Of a stretch of 64,000 bases of DNA, positions 38,914 to 49,184 are shown in pieces. This DNA comes from Verrucomicrobiaceae bacterium (GTDB taxonomy: Bacteria; Verrucomicrobiota; Verrucomicrobiia; Verrucomicrobiales; Akkermansiaceae). Position 1 is the stretch's first letter, and each line of letters begins with the position of its first letter. A model generated the notes under the pieces. That model did not search any database. It saw nothing but the letters and a program-made list of their open reading frames with translations, and was not told the origin of the DNA. Position numbers and translations under genes: made by a program. The DNA lies in the NCBI GenBank assembly GCA_051252135.1, contig JBPOGH010000002.1, positions 128,001-192,000 of the forward strand. The letters are read 5' to 3'.

Positions 38914-41352
38914 ATGAAACGAAACTCTTGTGCATTTGCGCTCATTTTAGCCTGCAATTCATTGGTCATCGCAGCTCCGACGGTTCACTGGAAGCTCGAT
39001 GAAGGGACGGGCACGGTGGCTTCCGATTCATCCGGCAATGCGATTGATGGTACGTGGGCAGGGACTGTGGGGTCTCCGGGATGGACGCCGACCGAGGGAA
39101 TCGATGGTGGTTCGTTGATGCTCACAGGAGAGAATGCGGACACGTTTATCAATGATGCGTTTAGTGCGGTTACGGTTACGCCATTTACGCTGTCAACTTG
39201 GGTGAAAACGACCACCACGGCCAAGAAGGGGATTGTTTATCTTGGTGATGGGACGACGGGGAATCAATACTATTTGATCAATATCCAGGGTGGCACGGCG
39301 CGTACGACGGCGCGGAATGGAACGGAGCGGGCGGTGGCGGGGGCGGTGATCAATGATGGGGAGTGGCACAATGTGGTCAGTGTGTATGCGAGCCCAACCG
39401 AGCGGCATATTTATGTCGACGGGGTTTGGGGGGGGACGCAAACGGTGGAAGTGCTGGAATTTGCGTTGAATCGATTTGGGATCGGTGGATTGACGCGCAA
39501 TACGCCTCATGCGCCGGTGGACCTGCTGGCTGGGCAGATTGATGATGTGGCGCTTTGGGATCGTGCCTTTTCAGCGGCGGATGCGGCTGCGCTGAATGCA
39601 CTGGGGGCACTTGGAGCGGGGAATGCGGCGGATGTGGAGCTTTTGGTGGATGCCTTTACGGGACAAACAACGACGACCATCCGGGGGATTGATTGGGAAT
39701 ATGCGACGGGTTTGACGGGTTCGTTGGGAGCAAGTGGTGGCAGTCTGGGTTCGCGGACAGGCTTTGTGGTGATGGATGACCTGGGGAATGGGATGAAGAT
39801 GAGTACGATTCCCGGCAATCCGGTGGTGACGAGTTTTACGGTGACTCCGGAAGTCATTTTCCTGGGAGAGACCGTGACCTTTGGGTGGGATGTCGATAAT
39901 GCCACGAGCGTGAATATTGATCAGGGGGTGGGCGCGGTCGCGAATCCTTCCGGCACCCTTGAGTTCTCGCCGACGGAAACGGCGACCTTCACCCTGACTG
40001 CGACGAATGGGAACGGTTCTTCTTTCGGGGAGGTGAATGTGACGGTTATTCCCGAGCCGGTCATCGATCGTTTTGAGGCCACTCCTACGGCGATTTTTGT
40101 AGGGGAACCGGTGGAGCTGGCGTGGGACGTCCAGAATTTCAATACGCTTGAAATCGACCAAGAGGTGGGCGTTGTGAGCGGTCCCGGGGGAACGGTGACG
40201 GTGTCTCCCACGGAGACGACGACCTACACCTTCACGGCGACGAACGATACGACCAGTTCGACGGCGGAAGTCACCATCAGGGTTTTCCCCACTCCGCCGC
40301 CAAGAGAGCTTCTGCTGCACTGGCCACTGGATGAGGGTGAGGGGACGACGACCGCAGATCTTGCGGGAACGAATCCGGGCGTCTTTTTGGAAACCGGGGG
40401 CTCTCCGGTTTGGTCGGAAGGGTTTTTGGGCGGAGGTGCGTTGACCTTCCAGAACCAGAACGATGTGTCGGTGCGTGCGGTGGCGACATTGGTGGAGGGT
40501 TATCCTTTCTCAATGGCGGGATGGGTGAAGACCACGGCGTCAGCCAATGACACCTGGGCTGTTCTGGGCACGGGTCAAAATGGAAACTATTACTCGATGA
40601 GGGTGAACAATGGAGCGGCCCGGATTATGACCCGGAACGGGGGATTTTTTGAGCAAGGCGGCCCCGGGATCAATGATGACGCGTGGCACTCGATGGTGGC
40701 GGTGTATGCCCATCCGGCATCGATGAGCCTTTATGTCGACGGGGTATTTGTTGGAACGAGGACATCCGACAGCGGTGACTTTGTGACGCCGGATCGTTTC
40801 GCGATCGGTGCTCTTGACCGGACTGATGCGAGTGTGGTGGATGCCTTTGACGGCAGTGTGGATGATGTGAGCTTTTGGCGTGGGCTTTTGAGCGACCGGG
40901 ACGTGGCGGCTCTGCACGGTGGTGCGAGCGGACTTGGGCTGAATGCGAGCGATATGGCGGCAATTCTGACCGGGTTTGAAAATCAGGAAACGGTCAATGC
41001 GGCGGGATTGAATTGGGGTCCGGCGGCGGGATTGGTCGGAGTGGTGGGAGAGACGAATGGAACGCTGACGGATACGCCGTCGATCGTTCTGGATGATTCC
41101 GGAAACGGGATGGTGGGCTCGAGCACAAGTGGAATTCTGATCACCGACATCACGCGCAATGCGACCGGGACGACCTTGACCTGGAACAGTGTTCCCGGGG
41201 CCACGTACATTGTTCAGTTCAGCACGGACCTGATTGATTGGGGTGATGAGGTGGATGATGGGGTGAGTTCGGGTGGCGCGACGACGACCTTTACGGATAG
41301 CGATCCCCAGAGACTCTCTCTGCCAGTTGGTTTCTATCGCGTGGTGCGTTAA
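38914..41352 (+). CDS. Secreted protein: LamG - two Ig/PKD-like repeats - LamG - C-terminal tail
   Basis: Two 'HWxLDEG...W(V)KT...WH...YVDG...DDVxxW' domains; two 'FxxTPxxIFxGExVxxxWDV' repeats. Confidence 0.85.
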   Translation: MKRNSCAFALILACNSLVIAAPTVHWKLDEGTGTVASDSSGNAIDGTWAGTVGSPGWTPTEGIDGGSLMLTGENADTFINDAFSAVTVTPFTLSTWVKTTTTAKKGIVYLGDGTTGNQYYLINIQGGTARTTARNGTERAVAGAVINDGEWHNVVSVYASPTERHIYVDGVWGGTQTVEVLEFALNRFGIGGLTRNTPHAPVDLLAGQIDDVALWDRAFSAADAAALNALGALGAGNAADVELLVDAFTGQTTTTIRGIDWEYATGLTGSLGASGGSLGSRTGFVVMDDLGNGMKMSTIPGNPVVTSFTVTPEVIFLGETVTFGWDVDNATSVNIDQGVGAVANPSGTLEFSPTETATFTLTATNGNGSSFGEVNVTVIPEPVIDRFEATPTAIFVGEPVELAWDVQNFNTLEIDQEVGVVSGPGGTVTVSPTETTTYTFTATNDTTSSTAEVTIRVFPTPPPRELLLHWPLDEGEGTTTADLAGTNPGVFLETGGSPVWSEGFLGGGALTFQNQNDVSVRAVATLVEGYPFSMAGWVKTTASANDTWAVLGTGQNGNYYSMRVNNGAARIMTRNGGFFEQGGPGINDDAWHSMVAVYAHPASMSLYVDGVFVGTRTSDSGDFVTPDRFAIGALDRTDASVVDAFDGSVDDVSFWRGLLSDRDVAALHGGASGLGLNASDMAAILTGFENQETVNAAGLNWGPAAGLVGVVGETNGTLTDTPSIVLDDSGNGMVGSSTSGILITDITRNATGTTLTWNSVPGATYIVQFSTDLIDWGDEVDDGVSSGGATTTFTDSDPQRLSLPVGFYRVVR

Positions 41353-41376
41353 GTTGGCCGGATTCCCCCAATTGAC

Positions 41377-44300
41377 ATGACCAAGCTCCTCGCCGCTTCC
41401 GTTGTTCTCGTCGGAGGATTCTTCTCCGTGCACGCGGAACTCAAGGTTCACTGGCCGCTGGATGCGATTTCAGGGACGGTGGCCCAGGATGACTCCGGAA
41501 ACGGGGTGAACGGTGATTGGGAGGGGACGAGTGGTTCGGTCGGTTGGCAGCCGACGGGTGGGATTGATGGGGGTGCGGTCTCTTTCTCGGGATCGGACAA
41601 GGACTCGTTTATCTCGTCATCCTTTTCGGAGTTGAGTGGCACGCCGTTTACGATCTCGACCTGGGTGAAGACGACCTCGGGCGCGAATGAAGCGGCGGTC
41701 TATCTTGGCAATGGAGCGGCAGGGGGGCAGTACTATGTGATGCGGGTCCAGGGTGGGGTGGGTCGGGCGAATGCGCGGAACGGGTCAGAAATCCAGTGTG
41801 CCGGAACGAGCAATATTTCCGATGGCCAGTGGCATCATCTGGTGGGGGTTTTTGGGGGGCCGTCCGACCGTCAAATTTATGTGGATGGCGAGGTGGAGCG
41901 GAGCAGTACGACGAATGTGGATGGGATGGATCTGACGCGATTCGGCATCGGGGCCCTGACGCGGAGTACGCCGCACAATCCGGCGGACTTGTTCAACGGG
42001 GAGATTGACGAGGTGGCTTTGTGGGATCGGGATTTTTCCGAGGCGGATGTGGTTGGGCTTCGGGGGCTGACGCTGCTCGGTGGGGGGAACGCGGGTGATC
42101 TGGAGTCCCTGATGGGTGCTTTTAACACGCAGGGCACAGCGCTGATTCGTGGTCGGACCTGGGAATATGCCAGTGGTTTGGGTGGCGGGATGGGTGCGAC
42201 GGGAGGAAGTGTGGGAGGTGAGAATGCCTCTATTGTTTTGGATGGCAGTGGCAACGGGATGCAGATCGCGGGGTCGAGTGAGGTGATGATCGTGTCGTTT
42301 GAGGCTGATGAGGAGTCGATCACCCCGGGGATTCCGGTGACTCTTTCCTGGGTTGTTGCGAATGCGGATACGGTGACGATCGCGGGAATTGGTCCAGTCA
42401 ATGCCGAGGGTGGTTCTGTGGTGGTGAATCCCGGTGTGACGACGACGTATACCCTCAATGCGGTGCAGAATGGGGAGACGGTTACAGAGGATGTGACGGT
42501 GACGGTTGCGTCGGGTGTGGTGGATCCAACAATCTCGGAGTTCCTCGCGAAGAACGATAGCGGGATCACGGACGAGGACGGGGTGCGATCCGATTGGATC
42601 GAGATTCATAATGACTCTGCCTTTGCGTTGAATCTGAGTGGCTATTCATTGACGGATGAGGTGGCGCTTTTGGCGAAGTGGTCATTTCCCCCGTTGATTC
42701 TGAGCCCTGATGATCGGGTTGTTGTTTGGGCTTCGGCGAAGAATCGGACGGGGTCGGAGCTGCATACGAACTTCACGATTGATGCGGCCGGAGGGTATCT
42801 CGCGTTGGTGCGTCCGGATGGGGTGACGGTTGTGCAGGAGTTCGGGCCGACCTTTCCGGCGCAAACTGCGGACATTTCCTACAGTGCCGGGGGATTTCAT
42901 GCGCCGCCGACACCGGGGGAGGTGAATGGAGCGGGTGCCTTGGAGGGGATTTTGGGGACGAAGGTGATTTTTGGAACGGCCGGGGGCGTTTTCTTTGGGG
43001 GCACGGTCAGTCTGGCTTTGAGTCATGAACATGCGGAGGCGACGATCCGTTACACGACCGATGGAACTTTGCCGGATGAGGCGTCGGCCCCTTACACTGG
43101 GGCGATCCCGATCACGGAAACGACGCAGGTTAAGGCGCGGGCGTTTCTGGCCAATCACCTTCCCGGACCGATCTCCCAGGAGGGTTATATTTTCGCGGAG
43201 AGCGGACTGAGCGGCTTCAACAGTGATTTGCCGATTCTGGTCATTGATACCTTTGATACGGAGGTGCCCCGGAATGACACCAGTTTTAAGGACGCCACCT
43301 TTGCCGCCTTTGATCCGTCATTGGTGACGGGGCGGTCATCGCTTTCCGGTGTGGCGGAGAAGGGTGGGAATGCGGGGATTCATGTGCGGGGGGAGAGCTC
43401 GCAGTTGGGTGGCTTTAACAAATTGAATTTTGCCTTTGAGACCCGGAATTCCGAGGGCGAGGACAAGGATGTGGCACTTTTTGGGATGCCTCCGGGATCG
43501 GACTGGGCGCTGCATGCTTCCGAGATTGACCGGACCTTTATTCGGGAGCGGTTGCCGCATTATTTGTTCAACGAGATCGGGCATTATTCGCCGCGGACGA
43601 GGCCGGTTGAGGTGTTCCTAAATCAAGATGGCGGGCCAGTGACCCAGGCGGATTACCGGGGAGTTTATTTGGTGATCGAGCGGATTCGGCGGGATAACAA
43701 CCGGGTCGATATTGCGAAGCTGGATCCTGATGAGAATGTGGAGCCAGACATCACGGGCGGTTATATTTTTAAGCGGGACAAGAGTGATGCGGGTGATATC
43801 CGGGTGAGCACTCCAGAGGCGGGAAGCTTTACGATTACCTATCCTGTCGATGTGACCGAGGACCAGCGGAGCTATTTGCAGGATTACCTGCGGGATTTTG
43901 AGACGGCGCTGAACGGCCCCTCGTTTGCGGACCCGGAGACGGGCTACGCGGCTTACATTGATGTGGAGAGCTGGATTGATTTCCACATCATTCAGGAGCT
44001 GTCCAAGGAAGTGGATTCGTTTGTGTACAGCACCTTTTATTACAAGGACCGGAACGGGAAGATTGCGTGTGGGCCGATGTGGGATTTTGATCGGTCGTTT
44101 GGAAACACCCAGGCTGCGGATGAGCATTTGGCCCAGGGGTGGCGCGGGGGGACGATCGGGTCGCGCGGGGTGTTTTGGGAACGGCTTTTTGAGGATCCGA
44201 ATTTCATGCAGCGCTACGTTGATCGCTGGCAGGAGTTGATGGAGACGACTCTCAATGACGGGCATATCATGCCGATCATTGATGCGATGTCAGCGGAAGT

Positions 44301-45474
44301 GAACGAGGCGAAGGATCGTAATTTTGAGCCGGCCGGGCCATGGCCTTTGGCGAATGTGACGCGGTCGCATCTGACCTTTCCGACCTATCAGCAGCATGTC
44401 GATTATCTGGAGAGCTGGATCAGCACGCGTCTGGCTTGGGTCGCGACGCAGTTCACGGCCAAACCGGAATTTTTCAATCCTCCGGGGGAATACGGCGGGC
44501 CATTCAATCTCTCGCTGACTTCCAACGGGGGGACCATTTATTATACGACGGACGGGAGTGATCCGCGGGCGGTCGGCGGCGGGATTGCGGGGACGGCTTA
44601 TACGGGAGCGATTCCAATTTCCGAAACGACCGGAGTGGTGGCGCGATCATTGAGCGGTGGTGAGTGGAGCGGACCGCTGAGGGGAAGTTTTATTCTGGGC
44701 GAGCCGGCGGCTGCGGGAAAACTGGTGATCCCGGAGATGATGTATCATCCGTCGCTCTCGAGTGCGGCGGAGATCAATGCCGGGTTTGGGGACGAAGAGG
44801 AATTTGAATACCTTGAGTTGATGAACATCGGGTCGCATCCGATTGAGCTGGCGGATGTGGTGGTGAGCGAGGCGTTTGACTTTACTTTTGGGGTGATGGA
44901 ATTGGCTCCGGGTCAGCGGGTTTTGGTGGTGAAGAATAGGGCGGCCTTTGAATTCCGGTATGGGGCGGGAATGTTGATCGCAGGCGAGTATGGGGAGCAA
45001 AATTTGAGAAACAGCGGGGAACGGATTCTGATCACGGCTGCGGATGGGCTTCCGATTTTGGACTTTTCCTATGGTGATCTTGCTCCGTGGCCCACGACGG
45101 CCGATGGGGGGGGATCCGGGTTGGTGTTGGTGAACGCGGGCGGCAATCCGGCGCATGGCGAGGCTGTTAATTGGCGCTCCGGGGTGCCCTCGCCAGGTGG
45201 TAGTGGCGGATCGGTTCCTTATGTGAGTGGAAGTCTTCTGGATTATGCCGCGTCCGGTTATTCAGGGGACGGGAATCAGTTTTCCTTTACGATTCATCCC
45301 GCTTCCGAAGGGGTGGAATACGTGGTGGAAGTCTCGGGAGATTTGGTCAACTGGAGCTCCGATGCGACGGCAGTCGAGTTTTTGGGAGAAGTGAACACGG
45401 CGAGATCCTATCAAGCGATCGGAGCACCTGCGGCGAAGAGGTTCATGAGATTGCGGGTGCTGCTCGGGGAGTGA
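41377..45474 (+). CDS. Secreted multidomain CotH-kinase-family protein (LamG, Ig, lamin-tail, Fn3-associated, CotH, lamin-tail, tail)
   Basis: LTD 'ISEFLAKN..DEDG..SDWIEIHN', 'IRYTTDGTLP', CotH 'HVRGESS','YRGVYLVIE','GPMWDFDRSFG', second LTD 'EMMYHP..EYLELMN'. Confidence 0.85.
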   Translation: MTKLLAASVVLVGGFFSVHAELKVHWPLDAISGTVAQDDSGNGVNGDWEGTSGSVGWQPTGGIDGGAVSFSGSDKDSFISSSFSELSGTPFTISTWVKTTSGANEAAVYLGNGAAGGQYYVMRVQGGVGRANARNGSEIQCAGTSNISDGQWHHLVGVFGGPSDRQIYVDGEVERSSTTNVDGMDLTRFGIGALTRSTPHNPADLFNGEIDEVALWDRDFSEADVVGLRGLTLLGGGNAGDLESLMGAFNTQGTALIRGRTWEYASGLGGGMGATGGSVGGENASIVLDGSGNGMQIAGSSEVMIVSFEADEESITPGIPVTLSWVVANADTVTIAGIGPVNAEGGSVVVNPGVTTTYTLNAVQNGETVTEDVTVTVASGVVDPTISEFLAKNDSGITDEDGVRSDWIEIHNDSAFALNLSGYSLTDEVALLAKWSFPPLILSPDDRVVVWASAKNRTGSELHTNFTIDAAGGYLALVRPDGVTVVQEFGPTFPAQTADISYSAGGFHAPPTPGEVNGAGALEGILGTKVIFGTAGGVFFGGTVSLALSHEHAEATIRYTTDGTLPDEASAPYTGAIPITETTQVKARAFLANHLPGPISQEGYIFAESGLSGFNSDLPILVIDTFDTEVPRNDTSFKDATFAAFDPSLVTGRSSLSGVAEKGGNAGIHVRGESSQLGGFNKLNFAFETRNSEGEDKDVALFGMPPGSDWALHASEIDRTFIRERLPHYLFNEIGHYSPRTRPVEVFLNQDGGPVTQADYRGVYLVIERIRRDNNRVDIAKLDPDENVEPDITGGYIFKRDKSDAGDIRVSTPEAGSFTITYPVDVTEDQRSYLQDYLRDFETALNGPSFADPETGYAAYIDVESWIDFHIIQELSKEVDSFVYSTFYYKDRNGKIACGPMWDFDRSFGNTQAADEHLAQGWRGGTIGSRGVFWERLFEDPNFMQRYVDRWQELMETTLNDGHIMPIIDAMSAEVNEAKDRNFEPAGPWPLANVTRSHLTFPTYQQHVDYLESWISTRLAWVATQFTAKPEFFNPPGEYGGPFNLSLTSNGGTIYYTTDGSDPRAVGGGIAGTAYTGAIPISETTGVVARSLSGGEWSGPLRGSFILGEPAAAGKLVIPEMMYHPSLSSAAEINAGFGDEEEFEYLELMNIGSHPIELADVVVSEAFDFTFGVMELAPGQRVLVVKNRAAFEFRYGAGMLIAGEYGEQNLRNSGERILITAADGLPILDFSYGDLAPWPTTADGGGSGLVLVNAGGNPAHGEAVNWRSGVPSPGGSGGSVPYVSGSLLDYAASGYSGDGNQFSFTIHPASEGVEYVVEVSGDLVNWSSDATAVEFLGEVNTARSYQAIGAPAAKRFMRLRVLLGE

Positions 45475-45526
45475 CGGGGGCGCCCGGGCGCCGTTACGGA
45501 GTTCCCCGATTGGTGATGGGGGAGGA

Positions 45527-46063
45527 CTATTTCATGGGGCCGATGAGCTCGATGAAGTTGCCATCGGGGTCGTGGAAGACGGTGATGAAGTTTTTGCCAC
45601 CGAGGGCGGCGGGGGTTTTGCCGAGGAGTTTGACTTCGGCTTTTTTGAGTCGTTCGAGGGCGGCGGTCATGTCGGTGACGAAGAGGGTGAGGTAGGAGAC
45701 GCCGATGGAGGAGTGGATGAATTTCTGGTCCTGCATTTTCCCGGGAGCGTCGGGGAAGGACATGAGCTTGAACTTGGTTTTGGGGCCTTTTTCGGAGTCA
45801 TCGAGGACGAAGACGCGAATGGTGGCGGGCTGGTTATCGGTGAGGCCGATATCGGTGGCTTTTTCGGCGGGGACGCTGAAGCCTTTGACCTCGGTCATGC
45901 CGAGGGTTTGGGTGTAGAAGGTGGCGGATTTTTCGAGGTCCTTGACGACGATGCCGATGTCGGCGACGGCGTTTGAGAAATTCGGGGTCGGTTTTTCGGC
46001 TTCCTGGGAGAAGGCGGGGAGAGCGATAAGGAGGGACGCGAGGGCGATGATTTTTTTGGTCAT
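45527..46063 (-). CDS. Secreted VOC/glyoxalase family protein
   Basis: 'IGIVVKDLEKSATFY', 'FHDPDGNFIELI'; signal peptide. Confidence 0.85.
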   Translation of the reverse strand: MTKKIIALASLLIALPAFSQEAEKPTPNFSNAVADIGIVVKDLEKSATFYTQTLGMTEVKGFSVPAEKATDIGLTDNQPATIRVFVLDDSEKGPKTKFKLMSFPDAPGKMQDQKFIHSSIGVSYLTLFVTDMTAALERLKKAEVKLLGKTPAALGGKNFITVFHDPDGNFIELIGPMK

Positions 46064-46072
46064 TGGGTGATC

Positions 46073-46290
46073 CTAGGGAAGCGCTGATGAAAGAGGAAGC
46101 ACGCTGAACGGTTTAAAGGATTTTTTAGCCAGGGAAGCTTGGCTTCCGAGGTGAGAGGAGCTGCAGCCCTTTTGGAGTCTGGCGGCGTTGCTCAGGGAGC
46201 CGCTGATGATCAGCGTCGCCCTTCGCGCCTTGCCAGACTTTCAAAATGACTTGCGGCAGCGAACTCCCTCTTTCATCAGCGCTTCCCTAG
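46073..46290. mobile_element. MITE-like foldback element, copy 1 (218 bp)
   Basis: Perfect 24-bp terminal inverted repeat CTAGGGAAGCGCTGATGAAAGAGG (46073-46096 / 46267-46290); long internal hairpin; near-identical second copy at ~62971-63188; no transposase. Confidence 0.8.
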
Positions 46291-46319
46291 AGGGAGGAGG
46301 GGGGAGGGCAAGGAATCAC

Positions 46320-47599
46320 TTATGGGGCGACGGTTTGAGGATTGATGGTGAAGTCGAGGCGGGTGAAGGGGGCGGTGGATTCGATTCGTTTTCGACCGTC
46401 GGGGAGGGAGGTGATTTCGTTTGGATCGAGGGGGGTCCAGGTTTTGAGGTCGGTGCTGGATGAGGCGGAGGTGGTGACGTAGTCCGTGCGGGCGGGGAGG
46501 AATTCCCAGATTCCTTTTTGGGTTATTGGGAGGGTGTCGTGTTGGCGGGGGGTGAGGTTGAGGGCGTATTCCCCGAGGGTGGGGAGGCCGTCGCGGTCGG
46601 GATCGGCGAAGAGGGAATCGTTTGCGAGGAGGAAGTTGGCGACCCAGGCGAGGTAGGGGTCGTCCTGATCGGCGGGGATGCCGAGGTGGGTGAGGATTTC
46701 GGTATCGCTGAGTGGGGTGAGGGAGAAGTCGGCGGCTTGGTTGAGGGCGTTGATGATGAGGTTTGCGAGTTGGGCCTGGGCGGGGGTGGAGGGGTGGAAG
46801 CCGTCCTTGCAGAGGAGGTAACGGGGGCGGTTTTCGGGGTCGCCGCGGGGGATGAACTCGATGTTTCCGATGCGGTAGGGTGCGGGTGAGTCGAGCTCGC
46901 GGGTGAGGGCGAAGGTATCGAAGAGGGGGATGTCGAGGGTGGAGGCGAAGCCTTCGATGGCGGCATTGGCTTCCTGAATGTGGCCTCGGGCGATGGCGCG
47001 TCTTTCCGGCTCGGGGATGCGGACCTGGGTGCGTGGGGTGGCTCCGACATCGGGGATGTTGCTGAGGATGATGGGGAGGTCGGGATTTTGTTGGTCGATG
47101 AAGGAGACGAGGGTGCCGAGGTTGCTGACGATGGAGTAGGCCCAGGAGGGGGGTGGGTTGTCATCGGCCAGTTCGAAGTAGACGGAGTTGGCGTCATTTC
47201 CGCCGAGGAAGATGACTACGGCGTCGACCTCCTTGAGTTGGCCGCGGAGTTCGTTGGTGGAGACGAAGTAGAGGAGGTTTTCGATGGGTCCGGAGGAGAT
47301 GATTTGGGTCCAGGTTTCGATCTCGGCGGCGGGGACTCCCCAGTTGTAGTAGAAGCCGCCGTTGCGGAGGTCGAGGTAGGAGCCGAGGTCGTTCTTGTAC
47401 GAGCCGAAGGAGATTTCGGTGGGTCGGAGGATGTTGAGGATTTCGATCCAGTTTTGGGTGTTGGACTGGAAGGGGTCGGAATCGGGGGCGGAGAAGGGGA
47501 CCTCGAAGCGGTATTCCTCGGATTGGCTGTCACCGATGACGAGGAGCTTGAGGGGCTCAGCGTGGGCGGTGGCCAGGAGGAGAACCGGGAGGAGGAGTT

Positions 47600-47603
<4 letters not shown>
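46320..47603 (-). CDS. Secreted SGNH/GDSL hydrolase with C-terminal tail domain
   Basis: 'LVIGDSQS', 'FLGGNDA', 'DGFHPS'; then 'DPDRDGLPTLGEYAL' and 'SSTDLKTW'. Confidence 0.85.
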
Positions 47604-48538
<935 letters not shown>

Positions 48539-48650
48539 TGGGAGGAAGGTAGCGCATTCCGGGAGGATTGCGAGTGGGAGGTGAGGGGCATTTGAGACAG
48601 CCTCTGAGGTGTGCGCTTTGCATGGAGGGGAAAGGGGGATAGGGTTGGGG

Positions 48651-49181
48651 ATGGCCGAGGATTTGCTGGCGGACTTTCAGACGGACAATTTTTATATGGG
48701 GCAGGCGTTGCGGGAGGCGCGGCGTGCGTATGCGGCGCAGGAAGTGCCGATTGGGGCGGTGATTGTGCGCGGGACGGAGGTGATTGCTCGGTCGTGGAAT
48801 CAGGTGGAGACGCTGAAGGATGCGACGGCGCATGCGGAGATGCTGGCGCTGACATCAGCGCAGAGTGCGATTGGGGATTGGCGGTTGGAGGGGTGCACTC
48901 TTTATGTGACGAAGGAGCCGTGTCCGATGTGTGCGGGGGCGATTGTGCATTGCCGTCCGGATCGGGTGGTCTTTGGGTGTTGTGATCCGAAGGCGGGTGC
49001 GGCAGGGGGATGGATCAACTTGTTGGATAGTAATCCGCCATTGAACCATCGTTGTGAGGTTCTCCCCGGGGTGATGGAGGAGGAGTGTGTGGGGATGTTG
49101 AAGAGTTTCTTCCGGGAGGCGCGGGAGCGGAAGGCGGCGGGGGTGAAGCACCTTAAGGCCGGGGATGGGGAATTGAGTTAG
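48651..49181 (+). CDS. tadA: tRNA adenosine(34) deaminase
   Basis: 'EVPIGAVIV', 'AHAEM', 'TKEPCPMCAGA', 'DPKAGA'. Confidence 0.92.
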   Translation: MAEDLLADFQTDNFYMGQALREARRAYAAQEVPIGAVIVRGTEVIARSWNQVETLKDATAHAEMLALTSAQSAIGDWRLEGCTLYVTKEPCPMCAGAIVHCRPDRVVFGCCDPKAGAAGGWINLLDSNPPLNHRCEVLPGVMEEECVGMLKSFFREARERKAAGVKHLKAGDGELS

Positions 49182-49184
49182 ACT

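Noticed and set aside
46073..46290. Riboswitch, tRNA or CRISPR interpretation of the repeated element
   Set aside because: No cloverleaf, no repeat-spacer periodicity and no riboswitch consensus I recognise. TIRs and unrelated flanking genes favour a MITE.
46188..46463. ORFs starting MLREPLMISVALRALPDF (also at 63087)
   Set aside because: Both lie in the repeated foldback element and diverge in frame after it; not a transposase or conserved peptide
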